Source: an uncultured Lachnospiraceae bacterium (GTDB lineage: Bacteria; Bacillota; Clostridia; Lachnospirales; Lachnospiraceae). Taken from it: a stretch of 64,000 nucleotides of DNA. The DNA is taken from assembly GCA_900316395.1 (NCBI GenBank), contig ONCT01000001.1, forward strand, positions 30,087 through 94,086, given 5' to 3'. This document shows, in pieces, positions 18,536 through 29,049 of this stretch. The position numbers and the translations under genes are program-made. How positions within the stretch are numbered: position 1 is the stretch's first letter; every line of letters starts with the position of its first letter. The notes under the pieces are model-generated. The model worked only from the letters and a program-made list of their open reading frames with translations. It was not told the DNA's origin and ran no database searches.

Positions 18536-19530
18536 TGAGAATCAACATTTATTACGGTGGAAGAGGTAATCTTGATGACCCTACACTGTATGCACTTAAG
18601 AAAATAGAGAAGGTTTTGGCTGATGACTTCAAGGTTGAGGTTCATAGATATAACATATATGAACAGAAGAATCAGATATCAACCCTTCCACAAACTCTCA
18701 AGAATGTAGATGGAATCATTCTTGCAACCACTGTTGAGTGGTTAGGAATTGGTGGATATATGACACAGTTCCTAGATGCCTGCTGGCTTTATGGAGACAA
18801 GGAGAAGTTCGAGTCGATTTATATGCAGCCAGTAGTTATGTCTACCACATACGGAGAGAGAGAAGGAGTTCTTGAGCTTAAGAAGGCATGGGAGATTCTC
18901 GGAGGAATTCCTTGTGATGGACTATGCGGCTATGTGGAGGATATGAGTTCCTTTGAGAATAGTAGAGAGTATTCTCATATTATAGAGAAGATGACAGAGA
19001 ATATGTTCAGAACAATTTCTCATAAGATGAAGGGACTTCCAACAAGTAATCAGGCAGTATCAAGGACTGTTGCAAGACCACAACAGCTTAATCTTACTCC
19101 GGAAGAAGGAGAGCAATTATCAGAGTATGTATCTGATGATATCTTCGTTAAGCAGCAGAGAGAAGATGTTATGGAACTCGCTTCCATTTATTCTAAGCAG
19201 ATGGGCGACGAATTCTCTGATGAGGCAGACGAGTATGTTAATGATTTTGTCAACCATTTCCACCCACAGGGAGTAGATGTGAATTATTCTCTTATAATAG
19301 AAGGGCGAGAGAAGCCACTATTCATAGGAGTGCATGGAGATGTAATTGATTGTCACTTTGGCGAGGAGGAAGATATTAATTTTACTGGTAAGCTACCAGC
19401 AAGAGTACTTGACCAGATTGTTTCTGGACGCAAGACATTCCAAGGCGCATTCTCTCTAAGCCATATGACCGCAAGAGGCGAACTCAGTTCGCTATCTCTA
19501 CTAGATAAGTTATTTGTATTTGATGCATAG
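18535..19530 (+). CDS. flavodoxin-like fold protein with C-terminal SCP2-like domain
   Basis: N-terminus resembles NAD(P)H-dependent FMN reductases / flavodoxin-like proteins (VDGIILATTVEWLGIGGYM). The C-terminal 100 aa looks SCP2-like. Start overlaps the upstream stop. Confidence 0.45.
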   Translation: MRINIYYGGRGNLDDPTLYALKKIEKVLADDFKVEVHRYNIYEQKNQISTLPQTLKNVDGIILATTVEWLGIGGYMTQFLDACWLYGDKEKFESIYMQPVVMSTTYGEREGVLELKKAWEILGGIPCDGLCGYVEDMSSFENSREYSHIIEKMTENMFRTISHKMKGLPTSNQAVSRTVARPQQLNLTPEEGEQLSEYVSDDIFVKQQREDVMELASIYSKQMGDEFSDEADEYVNDFVNHFHPQGVDVNYSLIIEGREKPLFIGVHGDVIDCHFGEEEDINFTGKLPARVLDQIVSGRKTFQGAFSLSHMTARGELSSLSLLDKLFVFDA

Positions 19531-19555
19531 TTTGCAGGGTTCAGGAGGACAAGAC

Positions 19556-19963
19556 ATGAAGGACAATAATTGTATTTTTTGTAAGTTAGCTAATGGGGAC
19601 ATTCCAACTAATAGTATCTATGAGGACGTCGACTTCAAGGTCATTCTTGATGCCGCACCTGCAACCAAGGGACATGCTCTAATCATTCCTAAATCTCATT
19701 ATAAGGATATATATGAGATTGATGAAGAGCTTGCAGGCAAAGCTTTTAAGCTGGCTAAGAAGCTTACAATATCTATGACAGATAAGTTAGGATGTGAAGG
19801 CTTCAATATCCTACAGAACAATAAGGAAGTGGCTGGTCAGACAGTATTTCATTTCCACATGCATCTTATTCCAAGATATAAGGAAGGTAAGTCTATTCTT
19901 ACATGGGGGCACGAAGAGTTTACTCCTGAAGAGATGGAAGATATCTGCAAGTCTTTAAGCTAG
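19556..19963 (+). CDS. HIT-family nucleotide hydrolase/transferase
   Basis: Histidine triad HFHMHLIPR. CIFCKL zinc-binding N-terminus. ATG at 19556 after GGAGG. Confidence 0.85.
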   Translation: MKDNNCIFCKLANGDIPTNSIYEDVDFKVILDAAPATKGHALIIPKSHYKDIYEIDEELAGKAFKLAKKLTISMTDKLGCEGFNILQNNKEVAGQTVFHFHMHLIPRYKEGKSILTWGHEEFTPEEMEDICKSLS

Positions 19964-20034
19964 AGATGCGTAAGAATAGTTTTTTGATTGTGAATAATTA
20001 AGGTTAGAATAACGAAGAAGGAGTTAGCGGTAGT

Positions 20035-21096
20035 ATGAAGAAGATAGTCATGACAGGCGGAGGAACCGCAGGGCATGTAACACCTAATGTTGCCTTGTTC
20101 CCAAGACTTAGAGAAGAGGGATACGAGATTTCTTATATTGGTTCTTATAATGGAATAGAGAAGGATTTAATTAAGAAGCAGGGTGTAGAATACTTCGGCA
20201 TTTCTTCTGGCAAGTTAAGAAGATATTTTGATTTGAAGAATTTCTCAGATCCATTTAGAGTTATGAAGGGCTATGGCGAGGCTAAGAAGATTCTTAAGCA
20301 TGTTAAGCCTGATGTTGTATTTTCTAAAGGAGGATTTGTTACAGTTCCTGTTGTATTCGCGGCTAAGAAGCTGCATATTCCTGTAATAATACATGAGTCA
20401 GATATAACTCCAGGTCTTGCTAATAAGCTGGCAATTCCAAGAGCAACTTATGTGTGTCACAATTTCCCTGAGACTGCCGCACATCTTCCAGAAGGAAAGT
20501 CAAGGCTTACAGGATGCCCAATCAGACAAGAGCTATTTGAAGGCGATAAGAATAAGGGATTAGAGTTCTTAGGCTTTGGAAGTGACAAACCAGTCCTTAT
20601 GATTATCGGCGGTAGTACAGGGGCGCAGGCAGTTAACGAATGTGTTAGAGAGAATCTTGATGAGCTTCTCAAGACATTTAACATCGTTCACCTATGCGGC
20701 AAGGGCAAGGTTGACGAGTCATATAATAATGTAGAAGGATATAATCAGTATGAATATATATCTGATGAGTTAAATGATATATTTGCAGCAGCAGATATGG
20801 TTATATCCCGTGCTGGTGCAAATGCTATATGTGAGCTACTTGCACTTAAGAAGCCGCATCTTCTCATTCCATTAAGTGCTAACGCAAGTAGGGGAGACCA
20901 GATTCTTAACGCCAAGTCCTTCAAGAAGCAAGGATTTTCCGAGGTGTTAGAGGAAGAGGATATAACCTCTGAGACATTTATGAAGGCTGTTATGAAGGTA
21001 TATAACAATCGTGACGAGTACATAAGCAAGATGGCTGCTAGTAAGACAAGTAATCCTATTGAGACCATAATTAACCTGATTGAGGAGGTCTCATAG
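20035..21096 (+). CDS. murG: undecaprenyldiphospho-muramoylpentapeptide beta-N-acetylglucosaminyltransferase
   Basis: [16 protein letters not shown]-terminal G-loop, 353 aa GT28. Confidence 0.9.
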   Translation: MKKIVMTGGGTAGHVTPNVALFPRLREEGYEISYIGSYNGIEKDLIKKQGVEYFGISSGKLRRYFDLKNFSDPFRVMKGYGEAKKILKHVKPDVVFSKGGFVTVPVVFAAKKLHIPVIIHESDITPGLANKLAIPRATYVCHNFPETAAHLPEGKSRLTGCPIRQELFEGDKNKGLEFLGFGSDKPVLMIIGGSTGAQAVNECVRENLDELLKTFNIVHLCGKGKVDESYNNVEGYNQYEYISDELNDIFAAADMVISRAGANAICELLALKKPHLLIPLSANASRGDQILNAKSFKKQGFSEVLEEEDITSETFMKAVMKVYNNRDEYISKMAASKTSNPIETIINLIEEVS

Positions 21097-21116
21097 CAAT
21101 ATGTTGCGATTCTGTT

Positions 21117-21141
21117 AAGACCGCTTTGGCGGTCTTTTTGT
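21117..21141 (+). terminator. intrinsic terminator after murG
   Basis: AAGACCGC-tttg-GCGGTCTT followed by TTTGT. Confidence 0.85.
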
Positions 21142-21209
21142 ATATATTGAATAAAAAATCGAAAATAACGCATTAAAATTGTGAAAATAATGGAAAGTTT
21201 GCACAAAAG

Positions 21210-21238
21210 TTGACAATAATCCCCTTAGATGTTATGAT
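21210..21238 (+). promoter_or_regulatory. sigma-A-type promoter for the SleB-like hydrolase gene
   Basis: TTGACA, 17 nt spacer, TATGAT. Confidence 0.6.
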
Positions 21239-21320
21239 ACCAATCGTAACAAATCTGTAACAAATTAAAATATTCGCAACATTTTGTAATACATTTGGCG
21301 AATATGGGGGTAAAGAAAGA

Positions 21321-22301
21321 ATGAATCTTAACAAAAAGTTAACAAAGGAAAATAAAAATAGAATCCCAACTAAGAGACTTATACAGGCTGGAGCAGTAAC
21401 ATTAGCATTTACAGCAATGGTTGGAACAGCTGCTTTTAATAGCAGTGCTAACGATGACAACGCCTACAAAGGAACAACATCGGGCATTATCTCAAGTATG
21501 TATGTAGATGATAACGATCTTCTAGTTGGTAACAATAATGTAACAAGTGTAGGACTTGATTCAGAATCAGCTAAGTGGATTCTTAGTCTTATGGCTAATG
21601 TAGAGGATTTTGCCTATGTAAGAGTGGCACCTTCCGATGATGCTGAGATTGCGGGTAAGCTAAGAAGAGGCGACATGGCAAGAGTTGAGTCCCTTACTAA
21701 CGATGGTTGGTATCAGATTACATCTGGTAACCTGTCAGGATATATTAAGGCAGATGTAAGTCTTACAGGAACTGCTTGTAGAGATTTTGCTAATGCAGTT
21801 GGATATAACGGTGGTGTAGGAATTACTGTTGACGAAGAGAATGCACAGATAGCAGCATTCCAGGCAGCAGCAGAAGAAGCAGCAAGACAAGAGGCAGCTA
21901 AGGCTAAGGCAGCAGCTTCATCATCAAGCTCTGTAACATCTACTCAGAAGGAGAGCTACGGTGCATCTACTGATGAGGTAACACTTCTTGCAGCAATCGT
22001 TGAGAAGGAAGCAGGCGGAAGCGGATATCAGGGAATGCTTGCAGTTGCTTCAGTAGTAATGAACAGAGTTCGTTCATCTTCTTATCCTGATTCAATAGCA
22101 GGTGTTATTGATCAGAAGGGACAATTCACAGGCGGAATAGCAGGACTGTCTCGAATCATTTCAAGAGGACCAAGCTCGGCTGCAATAAGAGCCGCTGAGG
22201 CAGCCCTTGCTGGTGAAGATATTGTAGGTGGCATGGTAAGCTTTAGAAGTACATCTACTGGTCACTCAGGAACAGTTATCGGTGACAACGTATTCTTCTA
22301 A
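21321..22301 (+). CDS. secreted cell-wall hydrolase (SH3 domain + SleB-type Hydrolase_2 domain)
   Basis: Signal/TM segment. SH3-like YVRVAPSDDAEIAGKLRRGDMARV...GWYQI. Ala-rich linker. C-terminal LLAAIVEKEAGGSGYQGMLAVASVVMNRV. Confidence 0.8.
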   Translation: MNLNKKLTKENKNRIPTKRLIQAGAVTLAFTAMVGTAAFNSSANDDNAYKGTTSGIISSMYVDDNDLLVGNNNVTSVGLDSESAKWILSLMANVEDFAYVRVAPSDDAEIAGKLRRGDMARVESLTNDGWYQITSGNLSGYIKADVSLTGTACRDFANAVGYNGGVGITVDEENAQIAAFQAAAEEAARQEAAKAKAAASSSSSVTSTQKESYGASTDEVTLLAAIVEKEAGGSGYQGMLAVASVVMNRVRSSSYPDSIAGVIDQKGQFTGGIAGLSRIISRGPSSAAIRAAEAALAGEDIVGGMVSFRSTSTGHSGTVIGDNVFF

Positions 22302-22333
22302 AATGTTAAAAGTAACATAGATAGATTCTCAAG

Positions 22334-22362
22334 GCGATTACTTTAAGGTAGTCGCTTTTTTG
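22334..22362 (+). terminator. intrinsic terminator after the SleB-like hydrolase gene
   Basis: GCGATTAC-tttaag-GTAGTCGC followed by T6. Confidence 0.8.
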
Positions 22363-22501
22363 TATTTAATATAGTTGATTTTTTTGCATATACTTTATAC
22401 AAATATGGTAGAATATATGATGTAGTAATGTTCGCAAATGATAATATGGACTATTCAATTTACATTTTGATTATATAGATAATAATTAGGAGGAAATAAT
22501 A

Positions 22502-23494
22502 ATGAATCTTTCAGGAAGGAATTTTCTTAAGCTCATGGATTTTGAGCCTGATGAAATCAGGTATCTTATAGATGTGGCTGCGAAGTTGAAGGACGAGAAG
22601 AAGAAGGGCATACCTCACGATGACTGCCTAGCAGGCAAGAATATTGCGTTGATATTTGAAAAGACATCTACAAGGACAAGATGTTCATTCGAAGTAGCTG
22701 CCCATGACTTGGGAATGCATACCACATATCTTGACCCTGATAGTTCGCAGATTGGCAAGAAGGAATCTATGAGAGATACAGCAAGAGTTCTTGGCAGAAT
22801 GTTCGATGGAATCGAGTACAGAGGCTTCGAACAGGAGAGAGTAGAGGCACTTGCCAAGTATTCTGGTGTTGTTGTATGGAACGGATTAACTAACGAATTT
22901 CACCCAACACAGATGATAGCTGATATGCTTACCATCAAGGAGAAATTCGGACGCATTGAGGGCTTGAAATTTGTATATATGGGTGACGCAAGATTTAATA
23001 TGGGTAATTCCTTAATGGTAACATGTGCCAAGCTTGGAATGGATTTCGTTGCATGTACTAATAAGAAATATTTCCCAGAGGATAAGCTTGTTAAGTATTG
23101 TCAGGAAGAGGCTAAGAAGTCAGGTGCAAGCATTACACTTACAGAATCAGTTGAGGAAGGATGCAAGGATGCAGATATTATCTACACAGATGTGTGGGTT
23201 TCCATGGGAGAGCCAACTGAAGTCTGGAAGGAGAGACTTGATGATTTGATGCCTTATCAGGTTAATAACAAGGCTATGTCTTATGCTAAGGATAGCTGTA
23301 TATTTATGCACTGCCTTCCAGCGTATCATAATCTTGAGACACAGGTTGGAAGAGACGTTCATGAGAAGTTCGGCTACGACGAGTTAGAGGTTACAGAGGA
23401 AGTATTCGAAGGTCCACAGTCAGTTGTATTTGACGAGGCTGAGAACAGAATGCATTCAATTAAGGCAATAATGTATACAACACTTAAGGGTTAA
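22502..23494 (+). CDS. argF: ornithine carbamoyltransferase
   Basis: STRTRCSFEVA, HPTQMIAD, DVWVSMG and HCLPAYH motifs. Confidence 0.85.
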   Translation: MNLSGRNFLKLMDFEPDEIRYLIDVAAKLKDEKKKGIPHDDCLAGKNIALIFEKTSTRTRCSFEVAAHDLGMHTTYLDPDSSQIGKKESMRDTARVLGRMFDGIEYRGFEQERVEALAKYSGVVVWNGLTNEFHPTQMIADMLTIKEKFGRIEGLKFVYMGDARFNMGNSLMVTCAKLGMDFVACTNKKYFPEDKLVKYCQEEAKKSGASITLTESVEEGCKDADIIYTDVWVSMGEPTEVWKERLDDLMPYQVNNKAMSYAKDSCIFMHCLPAYHNLETQVGRDVHEKFGYDELEVTEEVFEGPQSVVFDEAENRMHSIKAIMYTTLKG

Positions 23495-23506
23495 GAATAG
23501 ATAATA

Positions 23507-24337
23507 ATGATTGATTACATATACAAAGAATACGATAGTGTAACATCAACGAATGATGTTGCGAAACAATTGATTAATGAGTATTGTCCAGAAGGAACAA
23601 TCATATACACCAGGGAGCAGACTGACGGCAGAGGCAGGCGTGGTCGTATGTGGCAGGACAAGAAGGGTGAGACACTTGCAACATCCTTAGTGTTATACCC
23701 TACCCTCCCACAGGAGTATATATCTTGTATAACTCTTGTTGCGGCTCTTAGCGTTCGCGCAGCAATTAAGAATTTCTCATCTCTTGAATGCAAGATTAAG
23801 TGGCCTAATGATGTGATTTGTTCTGACAAGAAGATATGTGGTATTCTTACTGAACGAATATTTGTTGAAGGCAAGAGTGCTGTCATTGTTGGAATTGGTG
23901 TCAATGTCAAGAATCAGGAATTCCCAGAGGAATTAGAAGACAAGGCCACATCTATATTCAACGAAGTTGCTGCTGAGAAGGAAGAGATGCGTCGCGTCCT
24001 AGGTGATGATAATGACGAGAATTACAACAGTGATGTGATTCGTAAGCTCATGGAAGAAGACAATAACGAGTTACTCTATCTTATATGGGACAGATTCAAC
24101 GAGTATTATGATATATTCATTAAGTCTGGTAATATGGCAGGATTAGTCGAGGAATATAACAAATGTCTTATTAACGTAGGCCGCGTTGTCAAAGCCACAG
24201 ACCCTATAGAAGAGATTAACGGCGTCGCCCTTGGCATTAATGAGATGGGAGAGCTTGTTATTTCAACAGGCCATGGCAAGAAGAATATATCGTCAGGGGA
24301 AGTTACAGTTCGTGGCTTATACAGCTATACCAAGTAG
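23507..24337 (+). CDS. birA: biotin--[acetyl-CoA-carboxylase] ligase (no N-terminal HTH)
   Basis: GRGRRGRMWQ biotin-binding loop. KWPNDV motif. Confidence 0.85.
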   Translation: MIDYIYKEYDSVTSTNDVAKQLINEYCPEGTIIYTREQTDGRGRRGRMWQDKKGETLATSLVLYPTLPQEYISCITLVAALSVRAAIKNFSSLECKIKWPNDVICSDKKICGILTERIFVEGKSAVIVGIGVNVKNQEFPEELEDKATSIFNEVAAEKEEMRRVLGDDNDENYNSDVIRKLMEEDNNELLYLIWDRFNEYYDIFIKSGNMAGLVEEYNKCLINVGRVVKATDPIEEINGVALGINEMGELVISTGHGKKNISSGEVTVRGLYSYTK

Positions 24338-24349
24338 AGGATATATATT

Positions 24350-24679
24350 ATGTATTACGATGAAGAGTTAGTATTGTGTGGTGCCAGTTCCTATAATAAG
24401 AAATATTATTTTAACGAGGACTTCAACCTTATTCCACAGAAGGTTAAGGATGAGCTCAAGATTATGTGTGTTCTATTTACGGAAGAAGTAGGTGGAACAA
24501 TTCAGCTTGTCTACGAAGAGGATGGCACATTAGAGATTGTGACAGACAAGGAAGAGGATGATATTCTCTATGATGAGATAGGAAGTGTGCTTAAGGTTAA
24601 GCAGCTTCAGAGGGAGAAGAGGGAATTGTTCGAATCCTTAGAGACATTTTACAAGGTTATGATTGACCCTCAGGAATAA
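24350..24679 (+). CDS. small acidic hypothetical protein
   Basis: 109 aa ORF with an RBS, lying between birA and coaX. No recognisable motif. Confidence 0.5.
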   Translation: MYYDEELVLCGASSYNKKYYFNEDFNLIPQKVKDELKIMCVLFTEEVGGTIQLVYEEDGTLEIVTDKEEDDILYDEIGSVLKVKQLQREKRELFESLETFYKVMIDPQE

Positions 24680-24747
24680 TTAAGAACAGTCAGGAATCAT
24701 AAAGAGTTTTTAGGAGTAATTATAAGATTACAGTTAGGAGATATTAG

Positions 24748-25530
24748 ATGTTACTATGTATCGATGTTGGAAATACTAATATTACACTTGGAGTATTCGA
24801 TAAAGAGAAGCTCCTAGGAACATTTCGTATGACAACTAAGATCGAAAGAACCAGTGATGAATATGGAATGACAATTAGGAAGATATTCGACTACAACGGA
24901 ATCGATTCAGACGGGATTCATCACACAATTATTGCATCAGTTGTTCCTAAGGTAATGTATTCTCTGACTAGCGGAATCATTAAGTATTTCAATAACAAGC
25001 CAATTATTATAGGTCCGGGGGTCAGGACGGGAATGAAGATAGTAGCACCATTTCCAGAACACATTGGTGCTGACAGAATTGTAGATGCTGTTGCGGCATA
25101 CGAGATGTATGGTAAGGGCAATCCTGTGCTAGTGGTAGATTACGGTACTGCCACCACATACGACCTTGTGGACAAGGAGGGATCCTATATAGCTGGGGTT
25201 ACGGCACCAGGAATCAGGCTTTCGGCAAGTGCATTGTGGCAAGGAGCAGCAAGACTTCCTGAGATTGAGATTAAGAAGCCTGACAGTATACTTCCTAATG
25301 AGACAGTGCCATCAATGCAGGCAGGTCTTGTGTTTGGGCAGATAGGACAGACAGAGTATATTGTTAAGAATATGATCAGGGAATCAGGCTACGAGAATGT
25401 CAAGGTAGTAGCAACAGGTGGCCTTGGCAAGATTATTTATCCTGAGACAGATATATTCGAAGTCTACGATCAGGAACTGACACTTCATGGAATGAGAATT
25501 ATATTCGAGAGACAGAAGAAGAGAAGATAA
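24748..25530 (+). CDS. coaX: type III pantothenate kinase
   Basis: LLCIDVGNTNITLGVF and DYGTATT motifs of the ASKHA-fold CoaX. Confidence 0.9.
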   Translation: MLLCIDVGNTNITLGVFDKEKLLGTFRMTTKIERTSDEYGMTIRKIFDYNGIDSDGIHHTIIASVVPKVMYSLTSGIIKYFNNKPIIIGPGVRTGMKIVAPFPEHIGADRIVDAVAAYEMYGKGNPVLVVDYGTATTYDLVDKEGSYIAGVTAPGIRLSASALWQGAARLPEIEIKKPDSILPNETVPSMQAGLVFGQIGQTEYIVKNMIRESGYENVKVVATGGLGKIIYPETDIFEVYDQELTLHGMRIIFERQKKRR

Positions 25531-25531
25531 T

Positions 25532-26548
25532 ATGGCAATAATTCATCCAATTGATATTGGAAATGTGCATTTGAAAAACAACATAATTCTAGCACCAATG
25601 GCAGGGGTAGGTGACCTGCCATTTCGTGTGTTGTGCTCTAGGATGGGAGTAGGTATGACCTGCACTGAGATGGTAAGTGCCAAGGCCATATTCTATAACA
25701 ACAAGAAGACCTATACTCTTATGGAAAGAGACAAGGAGGAGCCCATATTAGCTGTCCAATTATTCGGACACGAACCGGTATGTATTAGTGAGATGGCAGC
25801 CAGGCTTGAGGAGGAAGGAATATCCTACGATATACTTGATATTAATATGGGGTGTCCGGTGCCTAAGGTTGTCAACAACGAGGATGGGTCAGCACTAATG
25901 AAGAATCCACCTTTGGCAGGGCGAATAGTAGAAGAGACAGTTAAGGCTACAAATAGACCTGTAACTGCCAAGATAAGAATAGGCTTTGACTGTGACAACA
26001 TCAATGCTGTTGAGATGGCGCACGTATTAGAGGAGTCGGGCGCAAGTGCAATAACAGTTCATGGAAGAACCAGGTCCCAATATTATTCTGGCAAGGCTAA
26101 TTGGGACGTGATCGGTCAGGTTAAGTCCAAGGTTAGTATTCCTGTCATAGGCAATGGTGATATAACCTGCTATAGAGATGTTATTAAGATGCATGAGTTA
26201 ACAGGTGTTGATGGATTTATGGTGGGAAGAGCAGCCCAGGGTAATCCATGGATATTTAAGGGCATACTAGATGAGGCTAAGATGTACGATAATTCGGACA
26301 GCATTGACATGGACTTACTAGCGGCGGATGGCAATGACTACAAGCCTGAGTGGGATGACATTAAGGATATGATACTTACTCATGCTAAGATGCTTATTGA
26401 CTATAAGGGTGAGTATATTGGCATACGCGAGATGCGCAAGCACTCTGCCTGGTATATGAGCGGTATGTATAATGCAAGCACATTTCGCGGGAGGATTAAT
26501 GAGGTAGAGAGTATTGATGAACTAGAAGAGCTGCTTGATATGATATAG
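25532..26548 (+). CDS. dusB: tRNA-dihydrouridine synthase
   Basis: LAPMAGVGDLPFRVL, DINMGCP and HGRT motifs. Confidence 0.9.
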   Translation: MAIIHPIDIGNVHLKNNIILAPMAGVGDLPFRVLCSRMGVGMTCTEMVSAKAIFYNNKKTYTLMERDKEEPILAVQLFGHEPVCISEMAARLEEEGISYDILDINMGCPVPKVVNNEDGSALMKNPPLAGRIVEETVKATNRPVTAKIRIGFDCDNINAVEMAHVLEESGASAITVHGRTRSQYYSGKANWDVIGQVKSKVSIPVIGNGDITCYRDVIKMHELTGVDGFMVGRAAQGNPWIFKGILDEAKMYDNSDSIDMDLLAADGNDYKPEWDDIKDMILTHAKMLIDYKGEYIGIREMRKHSAWYMSGMYNASTFRGRINEVESIDELEELLDMI

Positions 26549-26637
26549 AATATACGAATTTCCTTGCAAAAACGTACATTTATTGCTATAATACATAAGT
26601 TGTAAAATCGATTAATAAAGAAAGGTCTGATGGTGAT

Positions 26638-27117
26638 ATGGAAGATAAGAAGATCTTAACTAAAGAAGGACTTAAAGAATTAGAAGATGAATTAGAATAC
26701 CTTAAGGTTGTAAAGCGTAAAGAGCTATCTGCAATCATTAAGGAAGCAAGAGAACAAGGTGACTTATCAGAGAACGCTGAGTACGATGCTGCCAGAGATG
26801 AGCAGGCCAAGGTTGAGGCAAGAATAGAGCAGATTCAGTTGCTGCTTAAGGACGTAGAAGTTCACTCAGATGAAGATGTTGATAGTGATAAAGTTAACAT
26901 TGGCTGTACAGTCAAGATTCGCGACATGGAATTCAAAGAGGATGCCACATACAAGATTGTGGGTTCAACAGAAGCGAATTCCCTTAAGAATAAGATTTCC
27001 AATGAGTCTCCAATCGGTAAGGCAATAATTGGTGCGAAGGTTGGTCAGACAGTTAAGGTTGAGACACCATCCGGAATACTTAAGTTCAAGGTGTTAGAGA
27101 TAGAGAAATCTAACTAG
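26638..27117 (+). CDS. greA: transcription elongation factor GreA
   Basis: LTKEGLKELEDELEYLK coiled-coil N-terminus, 159 aa. Confidence 0.9.
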   Translation: MEDKKILTKEGLKELEDELEYLKVVKRKELSAIIKEAREQGDLSENAEYDAARDEQAKVEARIEQIQLLLKDVEVHSDEDVDSDKVNIGCTVKIRDMEFKEDATYKIVGSTEANSLKNKISNESPIGKAIIGAKVGQTVKVETPSGILKFKVLEIEKSN

Positions 27118-27129
27118 ACTAGTAATGAT

Positions 27130-27160
27130 AAGCCAGGTGTTGAGTCATCTGGCTTTTTGT
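27130..27160 (+). terminator. intrinsic terminator after greA
   Basis: AAGCCAGGTG-ttgagt-CATCTGGCTT followed by TTTGT. Confidence 0.8.
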
Positions 27161-27184
27161 ATGTATTAAGAAAGAGAGTATTAA

Positions 27185-28813
27185 ATGGCTAAGAATAATC
27201 AGAAGGAACAAGTACAGGATATAGGACAGCTTCTTAAGGTTCGCCGCGAGAAGCTTGCTAATTTACAGGAAAGTGGCAATGACCCATTTGCCATAACAAG
27301 CTACGACCAGACTCATCATAGTGATGAAGTAAAGTCAATGTACGAAGAGTACGAGGCTGAGACATTGAAGGACTATGTGGAGCCTGAGCTTCCAGAAGAA
27401 CCAGAGGAAGGTGCAGATAATGAGGTTATCGCAGCCTACCGTAAGGCTAAAAAGGAAGCATACAATGGTAAGCGAGAGCTATTAGACGCCAACGCTCCTA
27501 AGGTTTCAATTGCAGGTCGTATGATGTTCAAGCGTGTAATGGGTAAGGCAAGCTTTGCCAATATTCGTGACCTTAAGGGTGACGTTCAGATATATGCTTC
27601 TAAGGATGCGTTAGGCGATGAGCTTTATGCGACATTTAAGAAATGTGACATCGGTGACATCTGGGGTGTCAAGGGATATGTATTTCGCACAATGACAGGT
27701 GAGATTAGTATCCATGCGGAAGAGATGGTGCTGCTTACTAAGTCACTTCAGATTCTTCCTGAGAAATTCCATGGACTGACTGATACAGACATGCGTTATC
27801 GTCAGAGATATGTTGACCTTATTATGAATCAGGAATCCCGCGACGTATTCGTTAAGCGTTCACAGATTCTTAAGGAGATTAGAAATTTCCTTGCAGGCCG
27901 CGACTTCATGGAGGTTGAGACACCAATGCTTGTTCACAATGCAGGTGGTGCAGCAGCAAGACCATTTGAGACACATTACAATTCTCTTGACGAAGATGTT
28001 AAGCTTCGTATATCTTTAGAGCTTTATCTTAAGAGATTAATTGTTGGTGGACTCGAGCGCGTATACGAGATTGGCAGAGTATTTAGAAATGAAGGTGTTG
28101 ACACTCGTCACAATCCTGAGTTTACTCTTATGGAATTGTATCAGGCATACACAGACTATGAAGGCATGATGGAGCTTACAGAGTCAATGTTTCGTTATCT
28201 TGCTGAAAATGTATGTGGCTCTGCTAAGATTACATATCAGGGAACAGAGATTGATTTAGGAAAGCCATTTGCAAGAATGACAATGACAGAGGCTGTTAAG
28301 AAATATAGTGGCGTTGATTTTGATGAGGTTGCATCAGACGAGGATGCCAAGGCTCTTGCAGATGAACGTGAGATTGAATACGAGGATTTCCATAAGAAGG
28401 GTGACATCCTTAATCTCTTCTTCGAAGAGTATGTTGAGGAGCACCTAATTCAGCCAACATTCATCATGGACCATCCACTTGAGATAAGTCCACTAACTAA
28501 GAAGAAGCCAGACGACCCTACCAAGGTAGAGCGATTCGAGCTATTCATCAACACATGGGAAATGTGTAACGCATACTCAGAGTTAAATGACCCAATCGAT
28601 CAAAGAGAGCGTTTCGCAATGCAGGATGCTAACGCAGAGGCAGGCGACGACGAAGCCGAGCATACGGACGAGGACTTCCTAAACGCGCTAGAAATCGGCA
28701 TGCCACCAACAGGTGGAATCGGCTACGGAATCGACAGACTTGTGATGCTGCTAACAGATTCAGCAGCGATAAGGGATGTGCTGCTCTTCCCGACACTTAA
28801 ATCTATTCAGTAA
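27185..28813 (+). CDS. lysS: lysine--tRNA ligase (class II) with an acidic N-terminal insertion
   Basis: [25 protein letters not shown] (motif 2) and [13 protein letters not shown] (motif 3). 542 aa. Confidence 0.9.
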   Translation: MAKNNQKEQVQDIGQLLKVRREKLANLQESGNDPFAITSYDQTHHSDEVKSMYEEYEAETLKDYVEPELPEEPEEGADNEVIAAYRKAKKEAYNGKRELLDANAPKVSIAGRMMFKRVMGKASFANIRDLKGDVQIYASKDALGDELYATFKKCDIGDIWGVKGYVFRTMTGEISIHAEEMVLLTKSLQILPEKFHGLTDTDMRYRQRYVDLIMNQESRDVFVKRSQILKEIRNFLAGRDFMEVETPMLVHNAGGAAARPFETHYNSLDEDVKLRISLELYLKRLIVGGLERVYEIGRVFRNEGVDTRHNPEFTLMELYQAYTDYEGMMELTESMFRYLAENVCGSAKITYQGTEIDLGKPFARMTMTEAVKKYSGVDFDEVASDEDAKALADEREIEYEDFHKKGDILNLFFEEYVEEHLIQPTFIMDHPLEISPLTKKKPDDPTKVERFELFINTWEMCNAYSELNDPIDQRERFAMQDANAEAGDDEAEHTDEDFLNALEIGMPPTGGIGYGIDRLVMLLTDSAAIRDVLLFPTLKSIQ

Positions 28814-28853
28814 GAAATGGCGTAGAATCAGCAGTTACAGTAAGTAAGGTCGA

Positions 28854-28875
28854 AATTTACGACCAATTTACGACC
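28854..28875 (+). repeat. perfect tandem duplication of an 11-mer (AATTTACGACC x2)
   Basis: Read directly: 28854-28864 and 28865-28875 are identical. They overlap a GGTCG/CGACC mini-hairpin. Confidence 0.9.
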
Positions 28876-28898
28876 AAATAAAGAGAACACGTTTATTT

Positions 28899-28935
28899 AT
28901 AGAATCCTTCAAGCAAGAAGGATTCTATTTTTTTG
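28899..28935 (+). terminator. intrinsic terminator downstream of lysS
   Basis: ATAGAATCCTTC-aagcaa-GAAGGATTCTAT (12 bp) followed by T7. Confidence 0.9.
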
Positions 28936-28966
28936 TATCACAGTAAAAAATAAACCACCTGAATCG

Positions 28967-29032
28967 TGATAGGATATTGACAAAAATCTATCATTGGAGT
29001 ATCATGATAGTAATATATAAAAAGTCTATCAT
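28967..29032 (+). promoter_or_regulatory. array of CTATCA/TGATAG half-sites overlapping the TA promoter (candidate antitoxin operators)
   Basis: TGATAG 28967-28972, CTATCAT 28988-28994, palindrome TATCATGATA 29000-29009, CTATCAT 29026-29032. Confidence 0.5.
28977..29005 (+). promoter_or_regulatory. sigma-A-type promoter of the toxin-antitoxin operon
   Basis: TTGACA, 17 nt spacer, TATCAT. Confidence 0.65.
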
Positions 29033-29049
29033 GAAAGGAGCATAATTAT

